Positions 19,689 to 30,376 of a DNA stretch of 64,000 nt are shown in pieces. Under the pieces are notes generated by a model. That model did no database searches, had not been told where the DNA came from, and saw only the letters and a list, made by a program, of their open reading frames with translations. How positions within the stretch are numbered: the stretch's first letter is position 1; each line of letters starts with the position of its first letter. The stretch comes from Candidatus Spongiisociaceae bacterium (lineage in GTDB: Bacteria > Actinomycetota > Acidimicrobiia > Spongiisociales > Spongiisociaceae): positions 3,488,001-3,552,000 of the forward strand of contig CBDCOH010000002.1 of assembly GCA_965219685.1 (NCBI GenBank). The letters are read 5' to 3'. A program made the translations under genes and the position numbers.

Positions 19689-19954
19689 CCTGTTATTGCC
19701 GGCACGCCCATCCAGACCGCCATCTCCCCATCTTTGGGTTCACTCGTAGTTCCTGGGGTCCATGAGTTCGGCTGCTCGACCGTCAACGACAGCGGCGCTG
19801 CCAGCGAGCGTGTGCGCCGCGGCCGGAGTTCGGGTCGAGTCCGGCGGAGGGTGGTCGGGCGAAGGTGAGACGACCACCGCTTGTGGCGCGCCGGAAAGGC
19901 TTTCTGCGTGTCGATGGCTGACGGGGCTTGCCGGCGCTGGGGCGGGCCTCGGCT

Positions 19955-20473
19955 TCAACCGAGTTTCGCCAGCAGCTTCTCCAGAGTGTGTCGTTGGCGG
20001 TCGGTCAGTGCGGACAGGAAGTGTTCGCGTTCGGCGGTGCGAGCGATCACGGTCCGTTCCACGCACGCTGCTCCCTCCTCTGTGATCGCGACATGCACCG
20101 AACGGCGGTCATTGGGATGCGGCTCCCGACGGACGTAACCGAGCGCTTCGAGGCGGTCGATCCGGTTGACCACTGTTGCGGTGGACGATTCGAGCCGTGT
20201 CGCCAGTGCCGTGGAGGTCATGGGGCCTGTCGCGACCCGGAGCGCGGAGAGCACTTGATAGTCGTCCTGGTTGGAGAGACCCTCGCGCTTGGCTATCCGG
20301 TCCATCGACTTGGTCAACTCGGCACCGAGCTGCACGATGCGGGCTGCCGGGCCGATCCGGTCGAACCGGGATCCTGGGAGTATCTGCTCCCACTGGTGGA
20401 TCCGCCACTTGACCGGGTCACTCCGGCCCGGTCCGGCAGGAGGCGTCCGTGGTACCCGTGGTGGGGTCGCCAT
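19955..20473 (-). CDS. MarR family transcriptional regulator
   Basis: DYQVLSALR, RIDRLEALGYVRREPHPNDRRSVHVAITEEG. Confidence 0.88.
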   Translation of the reverse strand: MATPPRVPRTPPAGPGRSDPVKWRIHQWEQILPGSRFDRIGPAARIVQLGAELTKSMDRIAKREGLSNQDDYQVLSALRVATGPMTSTALATRLESSTATVVNRIDRLEALGYVRREPHPNDRRSVHVAITEEGAACVERTVIARTAEREHFLSALTDRQRHTLEKLLAKLG

Positions 20474-20865
20474 CAGGACGCGGCAACCAGGTAGAACACC
20501 GCGAGCGAAGCCGAGATGACGACACCGGCTTCCGCGCCGTTCGCCAACTGCAGTATCTCGGTGGTCAGACAGAACGCCGCCAAGGCGATGGCGATGGAGG
20601 TGAGGACGGTGGCCTCGACCCGGCGGGTCCGCAAAGTATCCCAGTAGCTGATCACATACCCCAGGTACAGAACGACCATCAGCAGCGCCGCCGGGCTAAG
20701 CCCTCTCCCGTCGACATGCGTGCTGACGAACCCCAACGAAGCGACGACGACAATCCGCCCCATCCAGAGCAGGGATCGCTCTATCGACTCAGCCGGGGTC
20801 CGGACCACCACCTTTCGCCGGACCGACCGGCGATGTCCTGTCATGCTACGCGCAACCATCAGCAT
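20473..20865 (-). CDS. Hypothetical membrane protein
   Basis: Four hydrophobic stretches; stop overlaps the MarR start (TGATG); start uncertain. Confidence 0.55.
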   Translation of the reverse strand: MLMVARSMTGHRRSVRRKVVVRTPAESIERSLLWMGRIVVVASLGFVSTHVDGRGLSPAALLMVVLYLGYVISYWDTLRTRRVEATVLTSIAIALAAFCLTTEILQLANGAEAGVVISASLAVFYLVAAS

Positions 20866-21409
20866 TTCCCAACGTTTTACTAATAGCCATACTACCTAAC
20901 ACGGTGGCGAGATGCCAACCGGCCCGGGGACCGGGATGGGGTGGCCGGTGGCGGAGTCCCAGGAGATACCGCGTTTAGGCTCGCCGCGGGCCTAGGCTAT
21001 GCACAGGAGCCGCGCTTCCCCCTCCTTGGAAGGGGATGCTGGTATGGAAGAAGGAGAGGGTAGACGCCGCCGACTGATGGAGGAGCGGCTGAAACTCGAC
21101 TGGGAGCGGTTCGACCGTGACCAACGCCGTTCCTTTGACCGTCAACTCCTCCGCGCACGGCTTGACACACCGACATCACGTACTGCGACGCCGGCGCCGC
21201 GGGTGAGCGTCACAACCAGACGGATACGCGAATCGCGGGCCGCTGCTCCTGGAGGCAAGCCCTCGGACTCCTGGGGGCGGGGCCGCGAAACCTCATAGCT
21301 AGCCGCACTCCCCCCTATCGGGGTTTGGGGTCGGCTCCGGGGAGGTATCCGAGCCCCGTCGCCGGAAAGGCTCTGCGTTCGCATCTCGGATGCTTAAAGT
21401 GCTTTCGGG

Positions 21410-23287
21410 ATGCGCCAAGTGTTGTTACATCTTTGTATGGTTGTGATGGCGATCATTGCTTTCTTCCCGGCCGACTCCTTATCGACGGAAGACGCGGCTG
21501 AAACAGACACCGGGCAGCCTGCACCAACGCTCGCTACGTCACCGGCGGCGCTACCGACCGGCATTCCACTCATAACGGACTTGGTGCGAGAAGCGGGGCT
21601 GCCCCCCGTGTTTGCGGCTATTGCCAGATGCGAATCGAACCTCGACCCCGCAGCCGTCCATCTGAACCCGAACGGGTCGAGAGACCATGGCCTGTGGCAG
21701 ATAAACGACCGCTGGTGGGCGCCCCTGTTCGAAGACCTGCACCCATACGACCCGGTGGACAACGCCGCGATGGCAGCAGCGGTGTATGCCGAACAAGGGT
21801 TTTCGGCATGGGAACCCTCGCGATCCTGCTGGGATCAGACTACGACGGCCGTGCAAACGCCGCGCGACTGCGCCCCCTCGATACCGTCCGGATTCCGCCC
21901 GGCACCGACCGATCCGGCGACAGCCTCGCTGGAGCTGTCCGCAGCGGTCTACCGTTGCGCCCGCGAGGTGGGGCTCGCGCCGGTAGAAGATCCCCAGGCT
22001 GCGGTCACTCTGGCGGCTGCGGGTATCGACGGACCTTTGCTGCTGGTCGGCAACCAGTTGACGCTTGGTGTGGTTGCTGAACTCGAACGGCTGGAACCCG
22101 CCACGGTGCTGCTCGCAGGTGTGAGCCAGGACATCGAGCGCTCGCTGGTCGGATACGACCCGCGTGTCCTGGAGGTCGACCGCGGGGCGGTTCTCACCTT
22201 CCCAGCGACGGTGTCCGGAAAACTGATGCTGGTCGGATGGGAGGTCGTGCACCTTCCCGCACCCGCCTCGAATCCGGCGGAGGTCTGGCTGATCAGCCCT
22301 GACATTGCGGCACCGTCGTTAGCCGTCACGGCCGCCAACCTGGGAGCGGTCTTGGTGGTCGCCGATTCCGACCTGCGGACCCTCCCCGGCGAGACCCGCC
22401 GACTGATTGCCCGAGCCGAGACGCTGAGGCTCATGTCCGACCTCGGGCCTGAAGCCGCCTGGCAACTAGACGTCGTCCTGCGAAACGCGGAAATACCCGG
22501 CGGGGGCCTGGTCATGTTCGACGAGACAGACCCGAGACGGCTCGTAGCCCTATACGGGCATCCCACCACCCCTACGCTCGGCGTCCTCGGAGAACAAGAC
22601 CCGGAGGAAGGCATCGAACGGCTCGCCGCGATCACCGCGGGATACGGCGCGGACGATGCCCGGATCCTTCCCACCTTCGAGATCATCGCCACAGTCGCCT
22701 CCGCTGAGGCCGGGGGGGACGGCGACTACTCCGCCGCTACCAGCCGGGAAGTGATCCGCCCCTGGATACGAACAGCCGCCGACAACGGAATCTACGTGGT
22801 GCTCGACCTCCAGCCGGGCCGGACCGACTTCCTAACCCAGGCCAAACTCTACGAAGAGTTCCTACGCCTCCCGCACGTCGGCCTGGCCCTAGATCCCGAG
22901 TGGCGGCTGAAACCGCACCAGGTCCACCTGCAGCAGATAGGCACGGTGGACGCGGAGGAGATCAACAGGGTGGTTTCCTGGCTCGCCGCGATCGTGAGAG
23001 AAGAAGCCCTGCCCCAGAAGCTGCTGATAGTCCACCAGTTCCGACTCTCGATGATCACCAACCGGGCCAGAATCGACACACCCCCCGAACTGGCCGTCGT
23101 CATCCAGATGGACGGGCAAGGAGCTCTGGATCTCAAACACAACACCTGGAACGCACTGACCAGAGACATCGAGAACCCCAGCTTCCGCTGGGGATGGAAG
23201 AACTTCTACGACGAGGACGACCCCAGGGCCACACCCGCGCAAGTCCTGGAACTCACCCCCGTTCCCGTATTCGTCTCCTACCAGTGA
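21410..23287 (+). CDS. Secreted protein: lysozyme/transglycosylase-like domain, cell-wall-binding-like region and conserved actinobacterial C-terminal domain
   Basis: Signal peptide; IARCES...NGSRDHGLWQIN..W...GFSAW; C-terminal ALYGHP..LGVLGEQ, LDLQPGR, GLALDPEWR. Confidence 0.8.
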   Translation: MRQVLLHLCMVVMAIIAFFPADSLSTEDAAETDTGQPAPTLATSPAALPTGIPLITDLVREAGLPPVFAAIARCESNLDPAAVHLNPNGSRDHGLWQINDRWWAPLFEDLHPYDPVDNAAMAAAVYAEQGFSAWEPSRSCWDQTTTAVQTPRDCAPSIPSGFRPAPTDPATASLELSAAVYRCAREVGLAPVEDPQAAVTLAAAGIDGPLLLVGNQLTLGVVAELERLEPATVLLAGVSQDIERSLVGYDPRVLEVDRGAVLTFPATVSGKLMLVGWEVVHLPAPASNPAEVWLISPDIAAPSLAVTAANLGAVLVVADSDLRTLPGETRRLIARAETLRLMSDLGPEAAWQLDVVLRNAEIPGGGLVMFDETDPRRLVALYGHPTTPTLGVLGEQDPEEGIERLAAITAGYGADDARILPTFEIIATVASAEAGGDGDYSAATSREVIRPWIRTAADNGIYVVLDLQPGRTDFLTQAKLYEEFLRLPHVGLALDPEWRLKPHQVHLQQIGTVDAEEINRVVSWLAAIVREEALPQKLLIVHQFRLSMITNRARIDTPPELAVVIQMDGQGALDLKHNTWNALTRDIENPSFRWGWKNFYDEDDPRATPAQVLELTPVPVFVSYQ

Positions 23288-23705
23288 GCCCCTGGGATGG
23301 TGCGAAGGATCGGTTCGGACTCGGACCTGTTCAGTCCGGCCACAGGAGCAAGGCAGTCACCATGGTGAGGCCGACGAGTAGCCAGTGGGTCGGGGCCGGC
23401 CGTACGGTTCGCGTGGGCCACAGATCCCGCACCAGATAGCCGAGGGCGAAGCCGGCGCTGAACGTTCGGAACGCGAGACCGACATACTCCTTTCAGCGAT
23501 CCCACCGAGGGACGACTGGCGGGCCCGCTCGCGCATTCGGCATTGAAGGCCGCGGCCGTGCTGACGCCGGGGAGCGGCGGTCCCTGGTGTTGCTCGGCCC
23601 GGTCCCGCTGCCATGCGCGGCTGCGCACCCGGACCCGCCCCGTCTGGAGCCGTAGTTCGGGGTTCCCCTGGTGCGGTCGCCCGGCTATTCTGAGGCCCCC
23701 TGAAG

Positions 23706-23795
<90 letters not shown>

Positions 23796-24123
23796 GAACG
23801 CCTCGCTGACGGTCCGGTTGCGCCCGGTCCCCGAGGGCCGGCACACGGAACCGACTGTTGGACCCGATTCGAGATCTCCCGAAGGGCAAGCAGAGTCCCT
23901 GTCGTCTTGAGCGGCTTCCAGCCCGTCGGATTGCCTAGGTGGATCTGGCCGGATCAACCATACGTCACGCTGTGGCCCACCTAGCATTGGCTTTCAGCCC
24001 GATCAGGAAGGCCCCGGGATCCGGGGCAGGCACCCTCCGCGGCGAATCGGGCGTCCTGGTCCGGCTGGGGAGGGAAGAGTGCTGTATTGGTCGGTGAGGC
24101 GACGACGGGAAGAGCAGCAAGAG

Positions 24124-24594
24124 ATGTTCGGTCACGCGGCACGCCGGAGGGGTCTACTGGTCTTGCTGGCCATCGTTTCCTCCGGTTGGCTGGTGGGGTG
24201 CGGCGAAGGCGAGGATGACGGCTACTCGACCGCCGATGCGGCGGAGTCTCCGGGGATTTCGGTCAGTGTTCCCGACCTCTCGGACACCGCACTCGACGGC
24301 GCGGAGTTGTTCGGCGCCAACTGCTCGGAGTGCCATGGCGCCAGCGCCGGAGGAACGTCGCAGGGTCCTCCTTTGGTGGACAAGATCTACGAGCCGGGTC
24401 ACCACGCCGACTTCAGTTTTGTCCGCGCCGTCGAGGTGGGATCGCCCCAGCATCACTGGCAGTTCGGCGATATGGATCCCGTCCCCGGTCTGTCACCCGA
24501 GGAGGTGAACAAGATCATCTGCTACGTCCGGGAACTTCAGTACGCCAACGGCATTTTCTCCGATCCGGCGGGTCTGGTCGCCTGCCAGGGCTGA
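24124..24594 (+). CDS. Cytochrome c lipoprotein
   Basis: LVGC lipobox; CSECH heme motif; GPPLVDKIYEPGHH, HHWQFGDM. Confidence 0.88.
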   Translation: MFGHAARRRGLLVLLAIVSSGWLVGCGEGEDDGYSTADAAESPGISVSVPDLSDTALDGAELFGANCSECHGASAGGTSQGPPLVDKIYEPGHHADFSFVRAVEVGSPQHHWQFGDMDPVPGLSPEEVNKIICYVRELQYANGIFSDPAGLVACQG

Positions 24595-24674
24595 GATCCG
24601 ATGCGGCATGGGCCGCAGCGAGCTCGAACCCGGACGATAAGATCCCTTGCCCCATCGCTCTGGGAGGAAAAGGC

Positions 24675-25508
24675 ATGCGAAGGAACCGTTTGCGGGAGTT
24701 GCTCGACGCCGACCAGCCTACGTTGGGGACCCACATTCTCAGTTCGTGGCCGTCCATCGTGGAGTTGGTGGGGCTGTCCGGCATGTTCGACTACGTGGAG
24801 TTCGTGGCCGAGTACGGACCCTACGACCTGTACTCGCTGGAAAACCTGGGGCGGGCCGTCGATCTCTTCGACCACATGTCCTCGATGATGAAGATCGAGC
24901 AGGAGCCGCGCACGTACCTGGCCGTGAGGGCGCTCGGTTCCGGGATCCAGAACGTCCTCTTCTCCGATCCCAGGACGGTCGAGGACGTGGAGGAGTGCGT
25001 GAGCGCGGTCCGGGCCGAAGCCCCGGGCTCGGGCGGGCGGCACGGGGTCGGGATGCGCCGCGACGTGGGGCTGGTGCTGGAGGCCGGCACCCCGGCCTTC
25101 GTCGAGGCGCTCGACAGGGCGGTAGTGGCCCTCATGATCGAGAAGGACGACGCGGTGGAGAACCTGGAGGCGCTGCTCTCGGTCGGAGGGGTCGACATGG
25201 TCCAGTTCGGACCCGCCGACTACTCGATGAGCGTCGGACTCGCCGGGCAGTTCGACCACCCCCGGGTCCGCGAGGCGGAGGAGCACGTGATCGCCACCGC
25301 CCTGCGGATGGGGATCGCCCCCCGAGCCGAACTCAGGGGCAGGGAGGGTATGGAACGGTACCTGGATCTCGGCGTCAAGCACTTCTGCATCGGCACCGAC
25401 GTGAAGATCCTGTTCGACTGGCTAACCGGCACGGGCGGGAGGATCATCGAGCTCCTGGGCCGGGAGCCGCCCGGTTCGGTCCGCACATCGGGACGTTATT
25501 CACGTTGA
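24675..25508 (+). CDS. HpcH/HpaI aldolase family protein
   Basis: FDYVEFVAEY, LMIEK..AVENLEALLSVGGVDMVQFGPADYS. Confidence 0.88.
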   Translation: MRRNRLRELLDADQPTLGTHILSSWPSIVELVGLSGMFDYVEFVAEYGPYDLYSLENLGRAVDLFDHMSSMMKIEQEPRTYLAVRALGSGIQNVLFSDPRTVEDVEECVSAVRAEAPGSGGRHGVGMRRDVGLVLEAGTPAFVEALDRAVVALMIEKDDAVENLEALLSVGGVDMVQFGPADYSMSVGLAGQFDHPRVREAEEHVIATALRMGIAPRAELRGREGMERYLDLGVKHFCIGTDVKILFDWLTGTGGRIIELLGREPPGSVRTSGRYSR

Positions 25509-25582
25509 GGCCCGCCCGCCCGGCGGCACCTAACGGCCGACCCTCGGCATTGGAACCACTGCTCCAAGGTCGCGAAAAGTGG

Positions 25583-25662
25583 CAGACAACGGACACCCGA
25601 CAATGGCCCACGGCCCACGGCTAACGGCCAACCGACAACCGACAACGGCCAACCGACAACGG
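25583..25662. repeat. Degenerate heptamer tract (CCGACAA/CGGCCAA/CGGCCCA)
   Basis: 7-nt periodicity over about 11 units upstream of tRNA-Arg. Confidence 0.75.
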
Positions 25663-25734
25663 AAGGTTCCGGGTTTCGGTTCCCGTGTACCGCGACTACC
25701 GTTGTCATTACATATAGGTCCGACCTGAGACTGT

Positions 25735-25811
25735 GCGGCCGTAGCTCAAATGGACAGAGCGTCTGACTACGGATCAGAAGGTTGGGGGTTCGAGTCCTCC
25801 CGGCCGCGCCA
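25735..25811 (+). tRNA. tRNA-Arg(ACG)
   Basis: TCTGA CTACGGA TCAGA anticodon arm; encoded CCA. Confidence 0.97.
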
Positions 25812-25838
25812 TGCCGAGCCCGCTTGCGGGTTCTCTCA

Positions 25839-25867
25839 TTGACGGCTCCGCACAGATCCCATATACT
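25839..25867 (+). promoter_or_regulatory. Housekeeping sigma promoter of the str operon
   Basis: TTGACG-17 bp-TATACT. Confidence 0.75.
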
Positions 25868-26115
25868 GCCGGTTTGTGCATATGCACGTCTGTTTTCCCG
25901 TGTCCTGACGGGCTACCGGTCTGATCCCATGCCGGTGACGAGTCCGGGCATGGGTCGGCACAAGTAAGGGTTCGCTCGATCGCGGGCCGCCGGTCGCGGC
26001 GGCGCCGTGATGCGCGGACCGGTAGACGAACGGATGCGAGTCCCACCCGGTCGGTTCCTCATGCATCGAGGGTCGACGCGGGCCGGGTTTCGCCTGCGTA
26101 TCCGAGGAGCAGGAT

Positions 26116-26487
26116 TTGCCGACCATCCAGCAGTTGGTGCGCCAGGGTCGCAAGCCCAAGGCGCGGAAGGAGAAGACGCCGGGTCTCGCCGGGTCGCCCC
26201 AGCGGCGCGGTGTGTGTACCCGCGTCTACACGATCACCCCGAAGAAGCCCAACTCGGCGCTTCGAAAGGTGTGCAGGGTGCGCCTCACTTCGGGGATGGA
26301 GGTCACCGCCTACATCCCGGGAGAGGGGCACAACCTCCAGGAGCACTCCATCGTGCTGGTGCGCGGCGGGCGGGTCAAGGACCTGCCGGGTGTGCGCTAC
26401 AAGGTGATAAGAGGCACGCTTGACGCCGCGGGCGTCGAAGGACGCCGCCAAGCGCGGTCCCGCTACGGATCCAAGAAGGGCCGCTGA
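26116..26487 (+). CDS. rpsL: 30S ribosomal protein S12
   Basis: [29 protein letters not shown]; TTG start. Confidence 0.99.
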   Translation: MPTIQQLVRQGRKPKARKEKTPGLAGSPQRRGVCTRVYTITPKKPNSALRKVCRVRLTSGMEVTAYIPGEGHNLQEHSIVLVRGGRVKDLPGVRYKVIRGTLDAAGVEGRRQARSRYGSKKGR

Positions 26488-26954
26488 TGCGCAGGGCACC
26501 CGCCGAGAAACGGCCTGTCGAGCCCGATCCGGTATTCCGCAACATCATGGTGGGCCAGGTCATCAACCAGGTCCTTCTGAAGGGCAAGAAGGAGAAGGCC
26601 CGCAAGATCGTCTACCGGTCTCTCGAGATCGTCTCCCGCCGGAGCGGCCAGGACTCATTGGTCGTGCTGAAGCGGGCGATCGACAACCTCCGACCCCAGG
26701 TCGAGGTGCGCTCCCGGCGCGTGGGCGGCACCTCATACCAGGTACCTGTCGACGTACGGCCCCGGCGGGCGTCGACGCTGGCGGTGCGGTGGCTGGTCGG
26801 CTACGCCCGGGGTCGTCGTGAGAAGACCATGGCCGAGCGCCTCGCCTACGAGATCCTGGACGCCTCCAACCACACGGGGACCGCCATAAAGCGCAAGGAA
26901 GATCTCCACAAGATGGCGGAGTCCAACAAGGCCTTCGCCCACTACCGGTGGTAG
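26487..26954 (+). CDS. rpsG: 30S ribosomal protein S7
   Basis: [23 protein letters not shown]. Confidence 0.99.
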   Translation: MRRAPAEKRPVEPDPVFRNIMVGQVINQVLLKGKKEKARKIVYRSLEIVSRRSGQDSLVVLKRAIDNLRPQVEVRSRRVGGTSYQVPVDVRPRRASTLAVRWLVGYARGRREKTMAERLAYEILDASNHTGTAIKRKEDLHKMAESNKAFAHYRW

Positions 26955-27011
26955 CACCGGCAGAACGGCAGAAACAGGGAACCAGAACGATTCGGTGTAA
27001 GAGACAAAGCG

Positions 27012-29132
27012 ATGACCACCCCCAACACCTTGACGCATCTGCGCCAGTACCCGCTGAGCCGGACACGGAACATCGGGATCATGGCTCATATCGACGCGGG
27101 CAAGACCACCCTCACCGAGCGCATCCTCTACTACACGGGCCGGACCTACAAGCTGGGCGAGGTCCACGAGGGCGCCGCGGTCATGGACTGGATGGAGCAG
27201 GAGCAGGAACGGGGCATCACCATCACCTCCGCCGCCACGACCTGCGAGTGGTACGGCCACTGGATCAACATCATCGACACGCCCGGCCATGTGGACTTCA
27301 CCGTCGAGGTGGAGCGTTCCCTCCGGGTACTGGACGGCGCGGTGGCGGTCTTCGACGCGGTGGCAGGAGTGGAGCCCCAGTCCGAGACCGTATGGCGCCA
27401 GGCCGACCGATACAGCGTGCCCCGCATCTGCTTCATCAACAAGATGGACCGGGTCGGGGCCGATTTCTTCGCGGCGGTTGATTCGATCGAGGAGCGCCTC
27501 GGCGCCGTACCGATGATCATGCAACTCCCCATCGGGGAGGAGACCGGCTTCACGGGTGTCATAGACCTGATCGAGATGGTCGCCCACACCTGGAAGGGCG
27601 ACGACGGGCGCACCTGGAACACCGGCCGGATCCCCCCCGAGTACGCGGTCCTCGCCGACGAGTACCGCGGGCAACTGGTCGAGCAGGTGGCCGAGATCGA
27701 CGAGAAGCTACTCGAGAAGTACATAGAGGACCTCGACATCTCCCCGGGCGAGATCACCAGCGCCGTCCGGGCCGGCACCCTCCAGCATCTGTTCACCCCG
27801 GTGTTCTGCGGCTCGGCCTTCCGCAACAAGGGCGTGCAGTTGCTGCTGGACGCGGTGGTCGCGTACCTCCCCAGTCCGGTGGACGTCTCCGCCATCCAGG
27901 GGTTCCTGCCGGACGACTGCCGGGGGCCCGTCACGCGTGCACCTGACGACAGCGAGCCATTCGCCGCGCTCGCCTTCAAGATCGTCAGCGATCCCCACGT
28001 CGGCAAGCTCACCTACTTCCGGGTCTATTCCGGCCACGCCCCCAAGGGCGGGAGGGTCATGAACTGCACCAAGGGCCGCAAGGAGCGCTTGGGCCGCCTG
28101 CTCCGGATGCACGCCAACCACCGGGAGGACCGCGACGACGTCTTCGCCGGCGACATCGTGGCGGCGGTCGGACTCAAGCACACCGCCACCGGGGACACCC
28201 TCTCCGCGATGGGCCATCCCGTCCTGCTCGAGGCCATGAGCTTCCCGGCCCCCGTCATCTCGGTGGCCATCGAGCCGCGGTCCAAGGCCGACCAGGAGAA
28301 GCTGTCGGAGTCGCTCGCGCGGCTGGCCGAGGAGGATCCCACCTTCCTGGTGCGCATCGACCAGGAGACCGGCCAGACGATCATCTCCGGCATGGGGGAG
28401 CTCCACCTCGACATCCTGGTCGACCGCCTGGTCCGGGAGTTCAGGGTCGATGCCAACGTGGGCCGTCCCCAGGTGGCCTACCGGGAGACGATCAGGGGTC
28501 CGGTCCGACGCGTGCAGTACCGCCACGTCAAGCAGACGGGCGGCAAGGGCCAGTTCGCGGTGGTCAAGGTGGATCTCGAGCCCACGGGCCCGGGAGGCGG
28601 CTACGAGTTCGTGGACGAGATCAAGAGCGGGGCGGTCCCCCGCGAGTTCATCCCCTCGGTCGATGCGGGCATCGAGTCGGCGCTGGACCAGGGAGTGCTG
28701 GCGGGCTACCCGCTGGTCGACGTGCGGGCCCGCCTCGTGGACGGCCAGTCCCACGATGTGGACTCCTCCGAGATGGCGTTCCGCATCGCCGGTTCGATGG
28801 TGCTCAGGGAGGCCGCCCGCCGGGCCGGCGTGAAGCTCCTGGAGCCGGTGATGGAGGTCGAGGTGGTCACGCCCGAGCAGTACATGGGCGAGGTGATCGG
28901 CGACCTGTCGTCGCGGAGGGGACGCATAGGCGAGATGGGTCAGCGTGGGAACAACCGGGTCATCAACGCCCGGGTTCCCCTATCGGAGATGTTCGGCTAT
29001 GTTACCGATCTGCGGTCCAACACCCAGGGCCGTGCCACGTCGAGCATGCAGTTCCACTCGTACAACGACGTACCGGATCAGGTTTCCCAGCGCATCGTCG
29101 CCTCGGTGCGCGGCGAGTACATAGGAGGTTGA
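27012..29132 (+). CDS. fusA: Elongation factor G
   Basis: [32 protein letters not shown]. Confidence 0.99.
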   Translation: MTTPNTLTHLRQYPLSRTRNIGIMAHIDAGKTTLTERILYYTGRTYKLGEVHEGAAVMDWMEQEQERGITITSAATTCEWYGHWINIIDTPGHVDFTVEVERSLRVLDGAVAVFDAVAGVEPQSETVWRQADRYSVPRICFINKMDRVGADFFAAVDSIEERLGAVPMIMQLPIGEETGFTGVIDLIEMVAHTWKGDDGRTWNTGRIPPEYAVLADEYRGQLVEQVAEIDEKLLEKYIEDLDISPGEITSAVRAGTLQHLFTPVFCGSAFRNKGVQLLLDAVVAYLPSPVDVSAIQGFLPDDCRGPVTRAPDDSEPFAALAFKIVSDPHVGKLTYFRVYSGHAPKGGRVMNCTKGRKERLGRLLRMHANHREDRDDVFAGDIVAAVGLKHTATGDTLSAMGHPVLLEAMSFPAPVISVAIEPRSKADQEKLSESLARLAEEDPTFLVRIDQETGQTIISGMGELHLDILVDRLVREFRVDANVGRPQVAYRETIRGPVRRVQYRHVKQTGGKGQFAVVKVDLEPTGPGGGYEFVDEIKSGAVPREFIPSVDAGIESALDQGVLAGYPLVDVRARLVDGQSHDVDSSEMAFRIAGSMVLREAARRAGVKLLEPVMEVEVVTPEQYMGEVIGDLSSRRGRIGEMGQRGNNRVINARVPLSEMFGYVTDLRSNTQGRATSSMQFHSYNDVPDQVSQRIVASVRGEYIGG

Positions 29133-29138
29133 CACACC

Positions 29139-30326
29139 ATGGCTAAGGCGAGGTTTGAGCGGGTTAAGCCGCATGTGAATGTTGGGACTATGGGTCATAT
29201 TGATCATGGTAAGACGACGTTGACTGCTGCGATTACTCGGGTGTTGTCTGAGCGGGTGGCTGGGAATACGTTTACGGTGTTTGATGAGATTGATAAGGCG
29301 CCGGAGGAGCGTGAGCGGGGTATTACGATTGCTATTGCGCATGTGGAGTATGAGACTGTGGGTCGTCATTATGCGCATGTGGATATGCCGGGGCATGCGG
29401 ATTATATCAAGAATATGATTACGGGTGCTGCTCAGGTGGATGGTGCGGTGTTGGTGGTGTCGGCGGCTGATGGTCCGATGCCTCAGACGCGGGAGCATGT
29501 GTTGTTGGCGCGTCAGGTGGGGGTGCCTTGTATTGTTGTGGCGTTGAATAAGGTTGATTTGGTGGATGATGAGGAGTTGTTGGAGTTGGTGGAGTTGGAG
29601 GTTCGGGAGTTGTTGGATGATTATGGGTTTCCGGGGGATGACGTGCCGGTGGTGCCGGTGTCGGCGTTGGCGGCTTTGGAGGGGGATGAGGCTGCTGCGG
29701 GGGGTGTGCTGGAGTTGATGGATGCGGTGGATTCGTATGTTCCGGTTCCGGACCGTCCGGTGGATCGGCCGTTTTTGATGCCGATCGAGGATGTGTTTTC
29801 GATTACTGGTCGGGGGACGGTGGTGACTGGGAAGGTTGAGGCTGGGGTGGTTCATGTGGGTGATCCGGTTGAGGTGGTGGGGATTCGGGAGACTCGTCGT
29901 ACGGTGGCGACGGGGGTGGAGATGTTCCGTAAGTTGTTGGATGAGGGTCGGGCTGGTGACAATGTGGGGGTGTTGTTGAGGGGGGTGCGCAAGACGGAGG
30001 TGGAGCGGGGTCAGGTGTTGGCTGCTCCGGGGTCGATCACGCCGCATACTGGGTTCGAGGCTCAGGTGTATGTGTTGACTAAGGATGAGGGTGGTCGGCA
30101 TAATCCGTTTTTTGCTGGGTATCAGCCGCAGTTTTATTTCCGTACGACGGATGTGACTGGTCGGGTTGCGTTGCCTGATGGGGTGGAGATGGTGATGCCG
30201 GGTGATAACACTCGTATGTCGGTGGAGTTGGGTTCGGCTATTGCTATGGATGAGGGGTTGCGGTTTGCGATTCGTGAGGGTGGTCGTACTGTGGGTGCGG
30301 GCACTGTCACCAAAATCACAAAATAA
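29139..30326 (+). CDS. tuf: Elongation factor Tu (extreme G/T-rich codon usage)
   Basis: [33 protein letters not shown]. Confidence 0.99.
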   Translation: MAKARFERVKPHVNVGTMGHIDHGKTTLTAAITRVLSERVAGNTFTVFDEIDKAPEERERGITIAIAHVEYETVGRHYAHVDMPGHADYIKNMITGAAQVDGAVLVVSAADGPMPQTREHVLLARQVGVPCIVVALNKVDLVDDEELLELVELEVRELLDDYGFPGDDVPVVPVSALAALEGDEAAAGGVLELMDAVDSYVPVPDRPVDRPFLMPIEDVFSITGRGTVVTGKVEAGVVHVGDPVEVVGIRETRRTVATGVEMFRKLLDEGRAGDNVGVLLRGVRKTEVERGQVLAAPGSITPHTGFEAQVYVLTKDEGGRHNPFFAGYQPQFYFRTTDVTGRVALPDGVEMVMPGDNTRMSVELGSAIAMDEGLRFAIREGGRTVGAGTVTKITK

Positions 30327-30376
30327 CCGGAAGAACACAGGGCCGTCGAGCACTCAGGAACCAGCGAGAAAGCGTC

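Noticed and set aside
21200-21400. c-di-AMP riboswitch as a feature call
   Set aside because: Core motifs could not be matched convincingly; kept only as a low-interest finding.
29139-30326. tuf composition as ordinary high-expression bias or simple low-GC transfer
   Set aside because: Neighbouring highly expressed genes use C-ending codons and A-ending codons are not increased. Transfer is disfavoured but not formally excluded without phylogeny.
28980-30353. 457-aa His/Thr-rich antisense ORF
   Set aside because: Mirror of tuf; open only because of tuf's skewed codon usage.
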